Below are positions 1-8,751 of a stretch of 52,267 nucleotides of DNA, piece by piece. The notes under the pieces are model-generated. The model did no database searches and was not told where the DNA came from. It saw nothing but the letters and a program-made list of their open reading frames with translations. The stretch spans positions 1 through 52,267 of the IMG/VR virus record IMGVR_UViG_3300012683_000011; one strand, written 5' to 3'. Numbering within the stretch: the first letter of the stretch is position 1; the number at the start of each line of letters is the position of its first letter. This stretch comes from a virus. Taxonomy: Duplodnaviria; Caudoviricetes. Position numbers and translations under genes: made by a program.

Positions 1-3
1 CGA

Positions 4-456
4 CTATAACGAATTCTTTATGCTTCGGAGTTCCTGCGGGCTTAGCGTCGTGTTCTTCACTATTTCCTGACACGTTTGAATCTCCTGCAATACGACAAGC
101 ATCTTATGTACTTCGATTAAATTGAAATAATTTAATTTCCAGCAAAAATAAGATTTAATTCTTGGCATATCCTTTAGGTTATAGGTCGAAAAATCAGCTA
201 TTAACCAATCAATTATAAGTGGAAATTTCCGAAAGTCAATATTAAATACGCATAATGCGTAATGAACTAATGATTTTGGACCCTCAATAAATGCGAGGGT
301 CCAATCGTCAATTGTAAGATTAAGGCTCTTTGGGAGCCCTAGTCTATGTAACCGGTACTCCCGTAAGCTCATTTTAATCCACTTTCCTTCTATGTAATAT
401 GTATTTAGAAACCTTTGATTTTCTTCAAACTCAAGCAGTTGGGGGTTGGGAGACAT
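4..456 (-). CDS. hypothetical protein
   Basis: 150-aa ORF in the tightly packed minus-strand arm. Confidence 0.6.
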   Translation of the reverse strand: MSPNPQLLEFEENQRFLNTYYIEGKWIKMSLREYRLHRLGLPKSLNLTIDDWTLAFIEGPKSLVHYALCVFNIDFRKFPLIIDWLIADFSTYNLKDMPRIKSYFCWKLNYFNLIEVHKMLVVLQEIQTCQEIVKNTTLSPQELRSIKNSL

Positions 457-736
457 TAGTTGTATACCAAGTTACCCAATTGGAAATATCACCAGAGTCA
501 ACAATAGCAGGCTTATTGTCAGGACCTAAGTTTGAAGTAACCCACTTACGAAACTCGTCAGTACAAGCCTGTAACCAATCTTTATTCGTGAGCCAGCTAA
601 GCTCGAAAATCCAGCAAATAGCTGTAGAATAATTACGATGCTCATTAACTAACTTACAAATCGCATCCCAATCATCCTTAGCGCCAAGATTCTGGCGAAC
701 CAATCCAAGAATATCTTCTTTAGTATACTGTGACAT
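431..736 (-). CDS. hypothetical protein
   Basis: ATG-start ORF co-directional with its neighbours. Confidence 0.7.
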   Translation of the reverse strand: MSQYTKEDILGLVRQNLGAKDDWDAICKLVNEHRNYSTAICWIFELSWLTNKDWLQACTDEFRKWVTSNLGPDNKPAIVDSGDISNWVTWYTTNVSQPPTA

Positions 737-772
737 TGTTTGCCCTAATGTTTCCTAGTTTTAAATCTAAGC

Positions 773-1024
773 TCAGGACTCGTCGTCCTCAGTGTCCTCA
801 TAATTATCAATCATTTCATCGCAATACTCAGTAAGCTCTGCTAATTCAGTTTGAGCATGCTCAAGAGCATCCGCAACTCCAGCGGCGTCGGACTCAATTA
901 AAATCTTACGAATCTCAGTAATAGCATCATCAATCCTCTCAGTAAAAAGCTTTGGCTTTTCGATCTTTTCTGGATTAATAGCAGCGTCACTTGACGTTGG
1001 CTTGCGCTTTGACGGCATCGACAT
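773..1024 (-). CDS. hypothetical protein with acidic C-terminus
   Basis: ORF with AAGGA-type RBS upstream; ends in DNYEDTEDDES. Confidence 0.7.
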   Translation of the reverse strand: MSMPSKRKPTSSDAAINPEKIEKPKLFTERIDDAITEIRKILIESDAAGVADALEHAQTELAELTEYCDEMIDNYEDTEDDES

Positions 1025-1563
1025 AAAATTCCTTTATTGCGTTGTATGCTTTTTCATTTTCTAAAATGAATCGGCGGTTGTTTGAAATCCATAATTCCAA
1101 AACGACTTTATCATCACCAGAAGCTGTTTTAAGAGCTTCTAATTGTGCTTCGAGTAAAGCTTGTCGCTTTTCAAACTTTATCAGGAAGGTCTGCAAGGCT
1201 ATCTATTTTCTTTTGAATGCTCAAGGCTACTTTTTGAACGGCATCAGAAGCGGCTAATTCCACATCTTCGTATGTCTTCTCATTCTCAGCGACCCATTGA
1301 GCCATGTAGATAACTCTTTGTTTGTATTTACTTAATCGTTCTTCAGCTTCTAATAGATTAGCGTCGGCGAAACGTTTTGCTTTCGCTAGCCTTTCTACTT
1401 CTTTCTCAGCGTTTGATATACCACCATTTTGTAAAAAGTGTAAATCTTGTTTTCGTTTCTTAAACAATACGGCGAAAACTTTTGATTTACTTAGCGCAGC
1501 CAGAATTGCGACAACATCCTCTTGATCGGACATTTTGACTCTCTCAATTACACTTGCTTGCAA
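987..1563 (-). pseudogene. coiled-coil protein apparently split into ORFs 1171-1563 and 987-1196
   Basis: Removing one copy of the tandem ATAG (ctatctat, 1199-1206 on +) fuses the ORFs in frame as ...QKKIALQTFLIKFEK... Confidence 0.45.
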
Positions 1564-1579
1564 TTGTTAGTAGCTAACA

Positions 1580-1618
1580 AAAAACTCCCTGCAAGTGGCT
1601 AATTTGCAGGGAGTGTTT
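1580..1618 (-). terminator. rho-independent terminator
   Basis: ACTCCCTGCAA/TTGCAGGGAGT stem followed by a T-run on the minus strand, just after the 1622 stop. Confidence 0.85.
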
Positions 1619-1621
1619 ATC

Positions 1622-2215
1622 TTACTTAGCAGCGACCGGAGCAGCCGCAGTGATCGCGGCAACAGCGGCATCAGCTTCATTAAGCTTCAGCTTCTTAACA
1701 ACATCATCGCCGAGCATCGCGTACATTTCATCCATCGAACCAAACTTACCCATCAGACGCTTCAGAGCATCCTTGAACAGATCAGTCTGCTTAACGCGAG
1801 CCTTCTTCTCACCAGTCGCACGTTCCTTGTGGAGACTATCATCAACCTTGAGAATATTCTTGAGAACTCCACCAACTGCATAAGCAGCGCGACCTTCCTT
1901 GTTACCAGGGAAAGCAGACTTCGGAGTTGCATCGAAAGCCTTAACAGCTTCCGCAAGATCAGTGACACCGCAAGCAGCGCAAGTAGCCTTAAAAGCTTCA
2001 AAAAGCTTCTTAGCATCAATACCATTGATATTCGGAATCGTAACCGCGCCTTCCCCCTTCGCCTTACCAAACTTCGCAATAACCTTGCGAGTCTTAGTTT
2101 CAGCAGCCGGAGCGGCAACATTTTCAGTCGGCGCAGCGGTAGCAGAAACATTAGTAGGAGCGGGGGCAACGGGAGCAGTAGAAACAGCAGCCTTCGGAGG
2201 CGGGGGCGCAATCAT
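1622..2215 (-). CDS. Ala/Lys/Pro-rich protein, probably highly expressed; possible DNA-binding protein
   Basis: 197 aa with strongly biased codons, its own consensus promoter and its own terminator. Confidence 0.8.
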   Translation of the reverse strand: MIAPPPPKAAVSTAPVAPAPTNVSATAAPTENVAAPAAETKTRKVIAKFGKAKGEGAVTIPNINGIDAKKLFEAFKATCAACGVTDLAEAVKAFDATPKSAFPGNKEGRAAYAVGGVLKNILKVDDSLHKERATGEKKARVKQTDLFKDALKRLMGKFGSMDEMYAMLGDDVVKKLKLNEADAAVAAITAAAPVAAK

Positions 2216-2311
2216 TGTATACTCTTTTCTGTTACTTTCGTAACTTTTTTGTACTTTCGTACATTTGTTAGGGCCAGTACCTTTTGGGTGGCTCCGGCCT
2301 TGTGATGCCTA

Positions 2312-2340
2312 ATTATAACCGATGAAATTCACTCTGTCAA
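2312..2340 (-). promoter_or_regulatory. consensus sigma70 promoter
   Basis: TTGACA-17 nt-TATAAT on the minus strand, upstream of ORF 1622-2215. Confidence 0.85.
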
Positions 2341-2799
2341 TAGCCAATATGGCTTTTTCTGGCGACGGTAGTCCCCGGACCTAACTCGTGTACGCTTATA
2401 GAGTAATCTATAACTCTCGTACATATCTGAGCTTACACAGTCAGCCGGAAACGTAACTCTAGGTTCAATCCAACCGTTAGTTGGAAAAGCCTTAATGTAT
2501 TGCATTAAAATTGTATCAAATTTCCATGTACGCAACCCTCCATAATAAATATCATTGTAGCGGGAAATGACGTGTTGGTAGAAATTCTTAACCCAAAGTA
2601 CGTGATCTCGTGACAACGTGACCCACAATAAGTTTGGGTGATTTTGTAAATCTAATGCATAATGTGGTTCTAAGATCATGCAAAGTATTGCTGAAGAAAG
2701 TAACGGTTCAAGTTCCTTAGCATACTTTTGTATAGTTTTATCACTGAGCCACCAAGCGCATGTTTGTGGATCAGGATGTACGAAGTATATGGGTTCCAT
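2329..2799 (-). CDS. divergent pyrimidine-dimer DNA glycosylase (DenV/Pyr_excise)-like protein
   Basis: IYFVHPDPQTCA..SDK..QK...LLSSA..NHP..LWV resembles the family pattern IFxLDxDPxxxA..DKHxxKM..NHP..W. Confidence 0.55.
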   Translation of the reverse strand: MEPIYFVHPDPQTCAWWLSDKTIQKYAKELEPLLSSAILCMILEPHYALDLQNHPNLLWVTLSRDHVLWVKNFYQHVISRYNDIYYGGLRTWKFDTILMQYIKAFPTNGWIEPRVTFPADCVSSDMYESYRLLYKRTRVRSGDYRRQKKPYWLLTE

Positions 2800-2808
2800 G
2801 TGTCACCT

Positions 2809-3012
2809 TCATTTGAAGCGTAGTTCAAAGGTTTCTGATAAAATAAGTTTAGGAAAGCCTACATACTTACGGCCAATTGGCATCGTGACACCGTGATCTA
2901 TAAAATAACAACTTGGAACCCCATTCGGGTATGAAATAACTACATATAAAGTCGATAATGGTAAATTCAAGGCGAATTTTAGCATTTGTTCTGTATATTG
3001 TTGTTTTGTCAT
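2809..3012 (-). CDS. hypothetical protein
   Basis: 67-aa ORF in operon context. Confidence 0.55.
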   Translation of the reverse strand: MTKQQYTEQMLKFALNLPLSTLYVVISYPNGVPSCYFIDHGVTMPIGRKYVGFPKLILSETFELRFK

Positions 3013-3108
3013 ATTTATAGACCGGAAGTAAGCCCTAACTCTATAGGGTATTGGCGGTTATGGCGCGCAGTTAAACGTTTAACCCTCGGCATGGAGTAAA
3101 AATGCCAG

Positions 3109-3242
3109 TGCGATAGAATAACGTTTATTGAAAGTAGGTATGGTATGTAAAAAGTAAGTAGTAGTTATATAGGGGGTAGATATATGGGATTCCCCATTTT
3201 CCAATGCCTTACCCTTATTCTTAAAAACGTCATTCTATCGCA
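3109..3242. repeat. inverted repeat around an AT/purine-skewed core (candidate origin)
   Basis: TGCGATAGAATAACGTTT (3109-3126) vs AAACGTCATTCTATCGCA (3225-3242), one mismatch. Confidence 0.7.
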
Positions 3243-3388
3243 TCGATCGGTGGCTAGGGGGTATTTAGTTAACAGGTGTTAACATTGGCCCATTGCAGCT
3301 TGCAGTGGCCCCAGGATCGACGCTAGGTGGCCTAGGCTGCCCCAGGCTCGACGATCTAGCTTAAAAGGTGGCAGAGTAGGGGGTGGCC

Positions 3389-3877
3389 CTACCCATGGTC
3401 AGATTGATGTGAAATGTACTGATTTTGAAGAGTTTTAAGTTCTTTTTCAAGAGCATTGACACGTTGTAACAGTGTTTCTTTGTCTTCAATAATCGCTCTA
3501 AAATTCATTAAAAGAACTTCTTTTAGACGAACTTTTAGACGAAAATGATTTCTAATTTCACTTTCACCAGTGAATTCACAAACACAATCTTCGTCTAAGA
3601 ATTGCTCTAATTGTTTTAGTGGTAATGTGACTTCGTGACAACGTGACGTTGTAATGTTTGGGCTAACGCTATCTAAAATATTAAAAGCATTACTTTCAGC
3701 TACAATGTCTACAACTTGATTACATTGATTTGCCATTTTAAAAGCTTCTTGTCGTAACGTATCTCTATATTCTTTTTGTTTTACTAAATCATTATTATAC
3801 CAAAAATAAGGTAACGCGGATATACAATGTCTCACAATGTCACCAGACGCATAGCGATTGCTTCCCAACGGGGCCAA
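3389..3877 (-). CDS. hypothetical protein with C-terminal coiled coil
   Basis: 162-aa ORF. Confidence 0.65.
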   Translation of the reverse strand: MAPLGSNRYASGDIVRHCISALPYFWYNNDLVKQKEYRDTLRQEAFKMANQCNQVVDIVAESNAFNILDSVSPNITTSRCHEVTLPLKQLEQFLDEDCVCEFTGESEIRNHFRLKVRLKEVLLMNFRAIIEDKETLLQRVNALEKELKTLQNQYISHQSDHG

Positions 3878-4089
3878 TTTACGTACTTCTCAAAACCTTC
3901 GAGAAACTTGTGAAAGTCTCTCATAATCATGTCGTACATTTGCGTAAGAGAAACAATAAGCTTCTCTCGACACGTTGAACGAAGCTTCATATTGCTAACC
4001 GCATTAGCAATCTTCTTCGTGTACTCATCAATTGCTTGAGAATTGATGATTAGTGTGTCGTGTATAATAAACTTAGCCTGGAGAATCAT
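3832..4089 (-). CDS. hypothetical protein
   Basis: ORF preceded by GAGGT RBS. Confidence 0.65.
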   Translation of the reverse strand: MILQAKFIIHDTLIINSQAIDEYTKKIANAVSNMKLRSTCREKLIVSLTQMYDMIMRDFHKFLEGFEKYVNWPRWEAIAMRLVTL

Positions 4090-4270
4090 TTGTTACCTCG
4101 CCTTCACTTTTGTAGTAGTGGGTACGGATGAATAAATTTAACTTGTCGATAAGATTAAATAATTCAACTAAATTCTTTGCCTCAAATAAGTCTGTTGGCC
4201 TACTAATATTATCTATGTGAGCGCTCATAGCAGTAATTAACGTAGCAGCTTCGCCTTTACTCAGTTTCAT
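4073..4270 (-). CDS. hypothetical protein (start probably MKLSKGE...)
   Basis: GGAGG RBS before the ATG at 4270 inside track ORF 4073-4369. Confidence 0.6.
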   Translation of the reverse strand: MKLSKGEAATLITAMSAHIDNISRPTDLFEAKNLVELFNLIDKLNLFIRTHYYKSEGEVTNDSPG

Positions 4271-4736
4271 TGGTAGCCTCCATTGGCTTGTCACAGACAA
4301 GTTTCTTTTTCGGGACCATTTCTTCTGTTTCAACCCACTTACAGGATTGACCACTAATATGAAGCTCAATCAAAATATTGTTATTGCGCCAATATTTACG
4401 TAAAGAGCGCTCAGGGTCATCTTTATTAGGCCAATCTTTTCTAGCCCCAAAGCCATTGAATGAAAGAGCCTTCAAATATGGTAAAATCTTTTGTGCATTA
4501 TCGAACCAAAGATCAACTTCTAATCCCTCGTCACCATATTGATAAAAATAAACGCAGTCAGTATCGTGGCCGTTTTCCTTAGCAACGTCGTAAACAATAC
4601 TGTAAAGTTTCTCGTATTTCTCTTTTACATTGTTACGTCGTTTCGCCGCTTCTTCCGCTTCTTTTGTTTGGTAAGCATTCCATGTTTCAAACGTTTGCAT
4701 AACTGTTCCTGTATACGAAGTGTGTTTGTGTTTCAA
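4257..4736 (-). CDS. hypothetical protein
   Basis: 159-aa ORF; true start may be the ATG at 4700. Confidence 0.7.
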   Translation of the reverse strand: MKHKHTSYTGTVMQTFETWNAYQTKEAEEAAKRRNNVKEKYEKLYSIVYDVAKENGHDTDCVYFYQYGDEGLEVDLWFDNAQKILPYLKALSFNGFGARKDWPNKDDPERSLRKYWRNNNILIELHISGQSCKWVETEEMVPKKKLVCDKPMEATNETE

Positions 4737-4917
4737 AGACTTGTCTTACAATTACTTCTTCTTGTAACAATTGATCTAAAGCTTGTATGAACACGTCGTA
4801 GCGGTATGTGTTCCAGGCGCCGACACCTAGTGACGCTTTTAGCTGTGAATAAGTTTTGTTATTCATCCGCAATTGAGCGACGATACTTTTCACCATGCTA
4901 GAAATGGGAATGAACAT
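4687..4917 (-). CDS. hypothetical protein
   Basis: 76-aa ORF overlapping its neighbours. Confidence 0.55.
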   Translation of the reverse strand: MFIPISSMVKSIVAQLRMNNKTYSQLKASLGVGAWNTYRYDVFIQALDQLLQEEVIVRQVFETQTHFVYRNSYANV

Positions 4918-5236
4918 AATCCGCTATTTCTTTGAATGTTTTATTTTGCTCGTCGTTAAGAGTAACGATTCTATGAATTTCATCTAAAGTGATTTTAAAA
5001 TGCAGTTCTGGTAGTATGTAAGTGGCGTTTGGCCCTTCAAAATGTGCCCCTGTAATTACAGCGTAATCATTCTCATCATAGATGATGCGTTGTTTTAGAA
5101 CAGCGTGACGAAGAATCCCAAGTGCGCAGTAATGGCAATCTCCGTCAATGATCTTTACAAGATCAAGTGTACAGTGTTTATCTTCATCAGCATTATTTAA
5201 TGCTTCGACGAATTGTTCTTTTAAATGAGGGTCCAT
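4898..5236 (-). CDS. conserved phage hypothetical protein (YCALG...LND..TFKEIAD type)
   Basis: AAGGAA RBS; motif pattern typical of small phage proteins. Confidence 0.7.
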   Translation of the reverse strand: MDPHLKEQFVEALNNADEDKHCTLDLVKIIDGDCHYCALGILRHAVLKQRIIYDENDYAVITGAHFEGPNATYILPELHFKITLDEIHRIVTLNDEQNKTFKEIADYVHSHF

Positions 5237-5250
5237 GTTTAGTTCCTTTA

Positions 5251-5333
5251 TACCCGTGGTCAGACTTGCACTGACAAGGCATCACTGCCGGCACTTTTTA
5301 AAAATGCTATGTTTGCTATTTCATCACACGGGC
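5251..5333 (-). tRNA. trnL: tRNA-Leu(TAA), no encoded CCA
   Basis: Acceptor GCCCGTG/CACGGGT, anticodon arm GCATT-TTTAAAA-AGTGC, long variable arm GGCA-GTGA-TGCC, T arm GTCAG-TGCAAGT-CTGAC, discriminator A. Confidence 0.85.
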
Positions 5334-5342
5334 GAGTGAAAG

Positions 5343-5510
5343 TTACTTTTTAAGTATTTTGTCTGTGGTTGTACGAACTGAAAAGTATTCAACGATAAAT
5401 TGTTTTTCACCATGCAATAGAGTTTTACGCCACGTTACGCTAAACCCCATGCGTCTTAATTCATCGCGACGTTGTAACGCCGTGTCAATGTGGTTAAAAG
5501 TTTCGATCAT
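5343..5510 (-). CDS. 55-aa hypothetical protein (below the track cut-off)
   Basis: MIETFNHIDTALQRRDELRRMGF...; ATGA overlap with the upstream stop. Confidence 0.65.
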   Translation of the reverse strand: MIETFNHIDTALQRRDELRRMGFSVTWRKTLLHGEKQFIVEYFSVRTTTDKILKK

Positions 5511-5695
5511 ACCATTTCTGCCTTACAGTTACAATAGTAAGGAAATTCCAGTACCCAAATGACTTCTTTAATTTTATACATTATATTTTTGTAGTAAATT
5601 AAATCGCCCCATGCAGGCGGGGAAGGTAATTCAAATAAGTCATCTTGGTGTTTAGTTTCATTTTTGAGTATTTTAAACTCGATATTAATTTTCAC
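5507..5695 (-). CDS. hypothetical protein
   Basis: GGAGG RBS; GTGA overlap. Confidence 0.65.
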   Translation of the reverse strand: MKINIEFKILKNETKHQDDLFELPSPPAWGDLIYYKNIMYKIKEVIWVLEFPYYCNCKAEMV

Positions 5696-5901
5696 AACTT
5701 ACCTCCGTAAAGATGGGCACGAATTCTTAGTGCTTCTTTAATAAGATGTTTGTATTGATCGGTTTTACCGTAATGCTTCTTAATCACTTTAGCGGAGTAA
5801 CGCAAACGTTTGATTTCGTTGTTGACTCGTTCACTAATAATTATAGTCTTATTAGAGTTAGTTTTGCGACAACGAATTATTCTGGTTATTTCAGTACGCA
5901 T
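5692..5901 (-). CDS. basic hypothetical protein
   Basis: translationally coupled ORF. Confidence 0.6.
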   Translation of the reverse strand: MRTEITRIIRCRKTNSNKTIIISERVNNEIKRLRYSAKVIKKHYGKTDQYKHLIKEALRIRAHLYGGKL

Positions 5902-6136
5902 AAAGTTTTCGTCTTCGTAATTCAGTGATTATACTAAGATATTCTTCATTTTCATCAATCAATTGCTGCATAAGCAACTCCACAATAACTTCACGGAGTA
6001 TGTTTATATCTTCCGTATCTACTTTATTAAGTAGAGCAATGATTTTATCGCGGAATTGTTTGTGCGTCATTGTTACTCCGTTACTCCAATTCAAGAGTAA
6101 ATTTGTATGGCTTACCATTGGTGGATTGAATTTCAA
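5891..6136 (-). CDS. hypothetical protein
   Basis: ORF; probable start MTHKQ at 6070 after GGAG. Confidence 0.6.
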   Translation of the reverse strand: MKFNPPMVSHTNLLLNWSNGVTMTHKQFRDKIIALLNKVDTEDINILREVIVELLMQQLIDENEEYLSIITELRRRKLYAY

Positions 6137-6293
6137 AAGACTTAATCTTTCGATCCGTACCCAACTCTAAGTAAACACCATTATTTTCGTACAATACAAC
6201 CCGTTTAATCGCTGCTTGCGCAACTAATGCAGAAGCTAAACCGACTGCTATAGAGAATACTATTACTGTGAGCCAATAAAAAAGTTTATTCAT
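6081..6293 (-). CDS. small protein with N-terminal TM helix
   Basis: hydrophobic segment LFYWLTVIVFSIAVGLASALV. Confidence 0.65.
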   Translation of the reverse strand: MNKLFYWLTVIVFSIAVGLASALVAQAAIKRVVLYENNGVYLELGTDRKIKSFEIQSTNGKPYKFTLELE

Positions 6294-6651
6294 ATTTCTG
6301 CTTTATGAATGCGAGAATATTAGCGGCGACTTGTTCTTTGGTTGCTTCTTTACCAAGACTAATATTGTTATATCTGTGTCGATTTGGGGTACCTTCAAAA
6401 TCTGGCCAAAAGAGATTCATAAATTCATCCGTTTGTAAATCAAAGAATTCTCTTAGAACACAGAAGTCTGTTTTTCCTTTGAAGAAATTTGCCCACATAA
6501 ACCAAGCTTCACCCATTGCACAACCGCACGTTGGTGAACATGTCGTTGCACTAAAAGTATTAAAGTCAAACTTCTCGTGGTAGAGGTTACCGCGGATTAA
6601 ATGTTTGACTAATTTAAGCAAACGTTGTTTATGATGTAGTTTTGTAGTCAT
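6286..6651 (-). CDS. hypothetical protein (Cys motif CGCAMGE)
   Basis: 121-aa coupled ORF. Confidence 0.7.
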   Translation of the reverse strand: MTTKLHHKQRLLKLVKHLIRGNLYHEKFDFNTFSATTCSPTCGCAMGEAWFMWANFFKGKTDFCVLREFFDLQTDEFMNLFWPDFEGTPNRHRYNNISLGKEATKEQVAANILAFIKQKYE

Positions 6652-6854
6652 TGTTTCTTCTCGAAAAGTGGTTTACTAGGGCCTGGGCAAAACTCTGTTA
6701 ATGTTTTAGACCAAAGTGATAAACCAGCAAAATGTTGTTTTAGAACTTTGGGGTGAGCGCAGTAAACACCATCAGGATCAGCCCCAGCGTATTTACAATG
6801 TTCGCAACGTCTATTTTCCACAGGTTTCATAATGCCTCTGCTGCGTGTTTCCAA
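6648..6854 (-). CDS. small Cys-rich protein
   Basis: CEHC...C...C pattern. Confidence 0.6.
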   Translation of the reverse strand: METRSRGIMKPVENRRCEHCKYAGADPDGVYCAHPKVLKQHFAGLSLWSKTLTEFCPGPSKPLFEKKQ

Positions 6855-7102
6855 AGACCGTCAATCTTTGTGCCATACTCAATGAGTAACTTACCTTTTT
6901 CTCTTGTTAGCTGCGTTATTTCTTCACTACTTGTGTAATACTCATTAAGTTTTTTATCTACAGAGTCTAATTGTTCTTTAAGTTTCTTACACTCAATAAG
7001 CTTTTTAATGATGTCTTTGAGGTCTTCGATTTCATCGTTCCTTTGATCATTACGATAATCGTCGAATTCAGCATCAGCTTTTGCATCATAGTCTGTAGTC
7101 AT
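6827..7102 (-). CDS. coiled-coil hypothetical protein
   Basis: GGAGG RBS; coupled ORF. Confidence 0.7.
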   Translation of the reverse strand: MTTDYDAKADAEFDDYRNDQRNDEIEDLKDIIKKLIECKKLKEQLDSVDKKLNEYYTSSEEITQLTREKGKLLIEYGTKIDGLWKHAAEAL

Positions 7103-7320
7103 TTGTTCCTCCAGTAGCCCATGCTAGAGATGATGAAGAAGAAACATTGTGTCAACGTGACACCGAAATTAGCAGTGTAGATTGACCATGTTATCATTAA
7201 TACATTGGCGAGTAAATAGAGTGTGAAACCTAAACGTCTCGACTTGCTTAGCGGTGACGTTGTGAGGATTGCGCCAGCGACGCTAATTGGAAACGCCATA
7301 TACTGAAGATCATTTAGCAT
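7099..7320 (-). CDS. three-TM membrane protein (PnuC/PQ-loop-like fragment)
   Basis: three hydrophobic helices with GF..YLLAN...W and GYWRNK. Confidence 0.6.
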   Translation of the reverse strand: MLNDLQYMAFPISVAGAILTTSPLSKSRRLGFTLYLLANVLMITWSIYTANFGVTLTQCFFFIISSMGYWRNK

Positions 7321-7717
7321 AATCTAAAACTCTTTTATACTCACGGTCCCAGGAATCAAAGAAATAAAGATCGCCGTCGCGCATTACGGGGCATTCAAAT
7401 TCTTCAAGAATTTCACCTAATAGAAAGAAAAGATTAAATCGTTCACGATTTCGCATTACGATACTTGCTAATGCTACCTCGTGACTTCGTGTAGGTTTAG
7501 CGAAACTAATTTGGTACATGAAATCTTCTTCAATATTGTAGCAAATCTCAAAGTTCTCATCGGGGAGAAATGCTTTCCAATAAAACTTCTGCCCATGAAT
7601 TTCGTTAACAACGTCATGATCTTCGTTGCATGCAATACGCATTCTACTTCTCCGCCAAACAATCACCGTTGGTGTTATAAAAATCGAAAGCAAAAGGGCA
7701 ATTCTTTTTAGCGCCAC
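7310..7717 (-). CDS. hypothetical protein
   Basis: ORF; probable start MRIAC after GGAG. Confidence 0.6.
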   Translation of the reverse strand: MALKRIALLLSIFITPTVIVWRRSRMRIACNEDHDVVNEIHGQKFYWKAFLPDENFEICYNIEEDFMYQISFAKPTRSHEVALASIVMRNRERFNLFFLLGEILEEFECPVMRDGDLYFFDSWDREYKRVLDYAK

Positions 7718-7934
7718 AAAGTCTACATGAAAAATCGTTAATTGTTACATTGTATTCTTTGAATAGTCCAGTAGCTTCAGCAGCGATTTGGTAGAGAGCA
7801 GCGAATTGAAGAGTCGATGGCTTTTTGAAACTAATTTGGTCGTGAATATTCCCCGCAGGTAATTCAAAAGTGTCACCAAGAGAATAAAGAGTCATTTCAA
7901 TGTCTGGTGGCGTCTCGTTGTCGGCTATTTGCAT
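7644..7934 (-). CDS. hypothetical protein with C-terminal Cys cluster
   Basis: CRLC...CPF...C pattern. Confidence 0.65.
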   Translation of the reverse strand: MQIADNETPPDIEMTLYSLGDTFELPAGNIHDQISFKKPSTLQFAALYQIAAEATGLFKEYNVTINDFSCRLCGAKKNCPFAFDFYNTNGDCLAEK

Positions 7935-7935
7935 G

Positions 7936-8031
7936 TTACCACTCGTCGTAATGTGTAGGTTTGTTAGGTGGCTTTTTCTCTTTATAGAGAATTATAGACC
8001 CAATAAGCATGATGAAAATAAATGTTAGCAT
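7936..8031 (-). CDS. 31-aa membrane mini-protein
   Basis: MLTFIFIMLIGSIILYKEKKPPNKPTHYDEW; stop abuts the next start. Confidence 0.45.
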   Translation of the reverse strand: MLTFIFIMLIGSIILYKEKKPPNKPTHYDEW

Positions 8032-8044
8032 AATTAATACCAAC

Positions 8045-8152
8045 GTAACGTTGTAACGATGGAACTTCTTAAAGCGCCACTTTGCTACTGGCCCGGGACT
8101 TCGCAACTGGTCTTTAATGGTTATTTCGTTTCAAACACCGTTACAACGTTAC
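8045..8152. ncRNA. stem-closed structured domain A
   Basis: Perfect 14-bp IR GTAACGTTGTAACG/CGTTACAACGTTAC; internal TTAAAG/CTTTAA stem; intergenic. Confidence 0.55.
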
Positions 8153-8159
8153 ATTTGAA

Positions 8160-8387
8160 TTACTTAACTTGCAGCATAAGATCGAGAATTGCGATCATAG
8201 CGTTGGTGGAAACTTCCATGTCGCTTGAATGGCGAATGTTCCAGTGATGCTTGCGCAGTTTGTGCCGTTCGCGTTCAGTCTTGCAAGCCTTCATTGCTTT
8301 GTGAAAGGATTTGCCAATCTTTGAATTGGTGGGGATGTTAGCGCTTACAACGGTGTGAAGGTTGCGCGCGTCTTTGTTATTGCTCAT
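8160..8387 (-). CDS. basic hypothetical protein with GC-richer codons
   Basis: GGAG RBS; 75 aa. Confidence 0.7.
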   Translation of the reverse strand: MSNNKDARNLHTVVSANIPTNSKIGKSFHKAMKACKTERERHKLRKHHWNIRHSSDMEVSTNAMIAILDLMLQVK

Positions 8388-8626
8388 TTTAACTCCGTGA
8401 GGTTGTACTTTGTGATTTGTGGGAGGAATTCATTTTCGTTGTACTGAAAAGCCCATTTATGGCCATAAATACGAAACATATTGTCCCTAGCGAATTCAAA
8501 AGACATATTTTCAAACTTAACATACTTCTGTGCATACAAAGAATTAAGTCCGAATGTAAAGTACCAATTTCCATTAGTCCTTTCATCGTTACTTATTGCT
8601 TGCATATTTAGCTCCAGCAATGTCAC
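8384..8626 (-). CDS. conserved phage hypothetical protein (WYFTFG...WAFQY)
   Basis: motif pattern seen in small phage proteins. Confidence 0.65.
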   Translation of the reverse strand: MTLLELNMQAISNDERTNGNWYFTFGLNSLYAQKYVKFENMSFEFARDNMFRIYGHKWAFQYNENEFLPQITKYNLTELK

Positions 8627-8751
8627 TGCTTATCAGCTTGCTAAAGGCTTTCTCGTTCCATAGTTAACGGATGTAGCTCGCTTGGTATGGAAGTACGTTG
8701 ACACTCTCGTCCGCAGAGACTAAACGTATTAAAGCAGTGACAATGTTGAAG

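Noticed and set aside
1595-2305. Long antisense ORFs (also 11646-12218, 21987-22436, 33043-33486, 48378-48884)
   Set aside because: Shadows of codon-biased genes on the opposite strand, with no RBS or operon context
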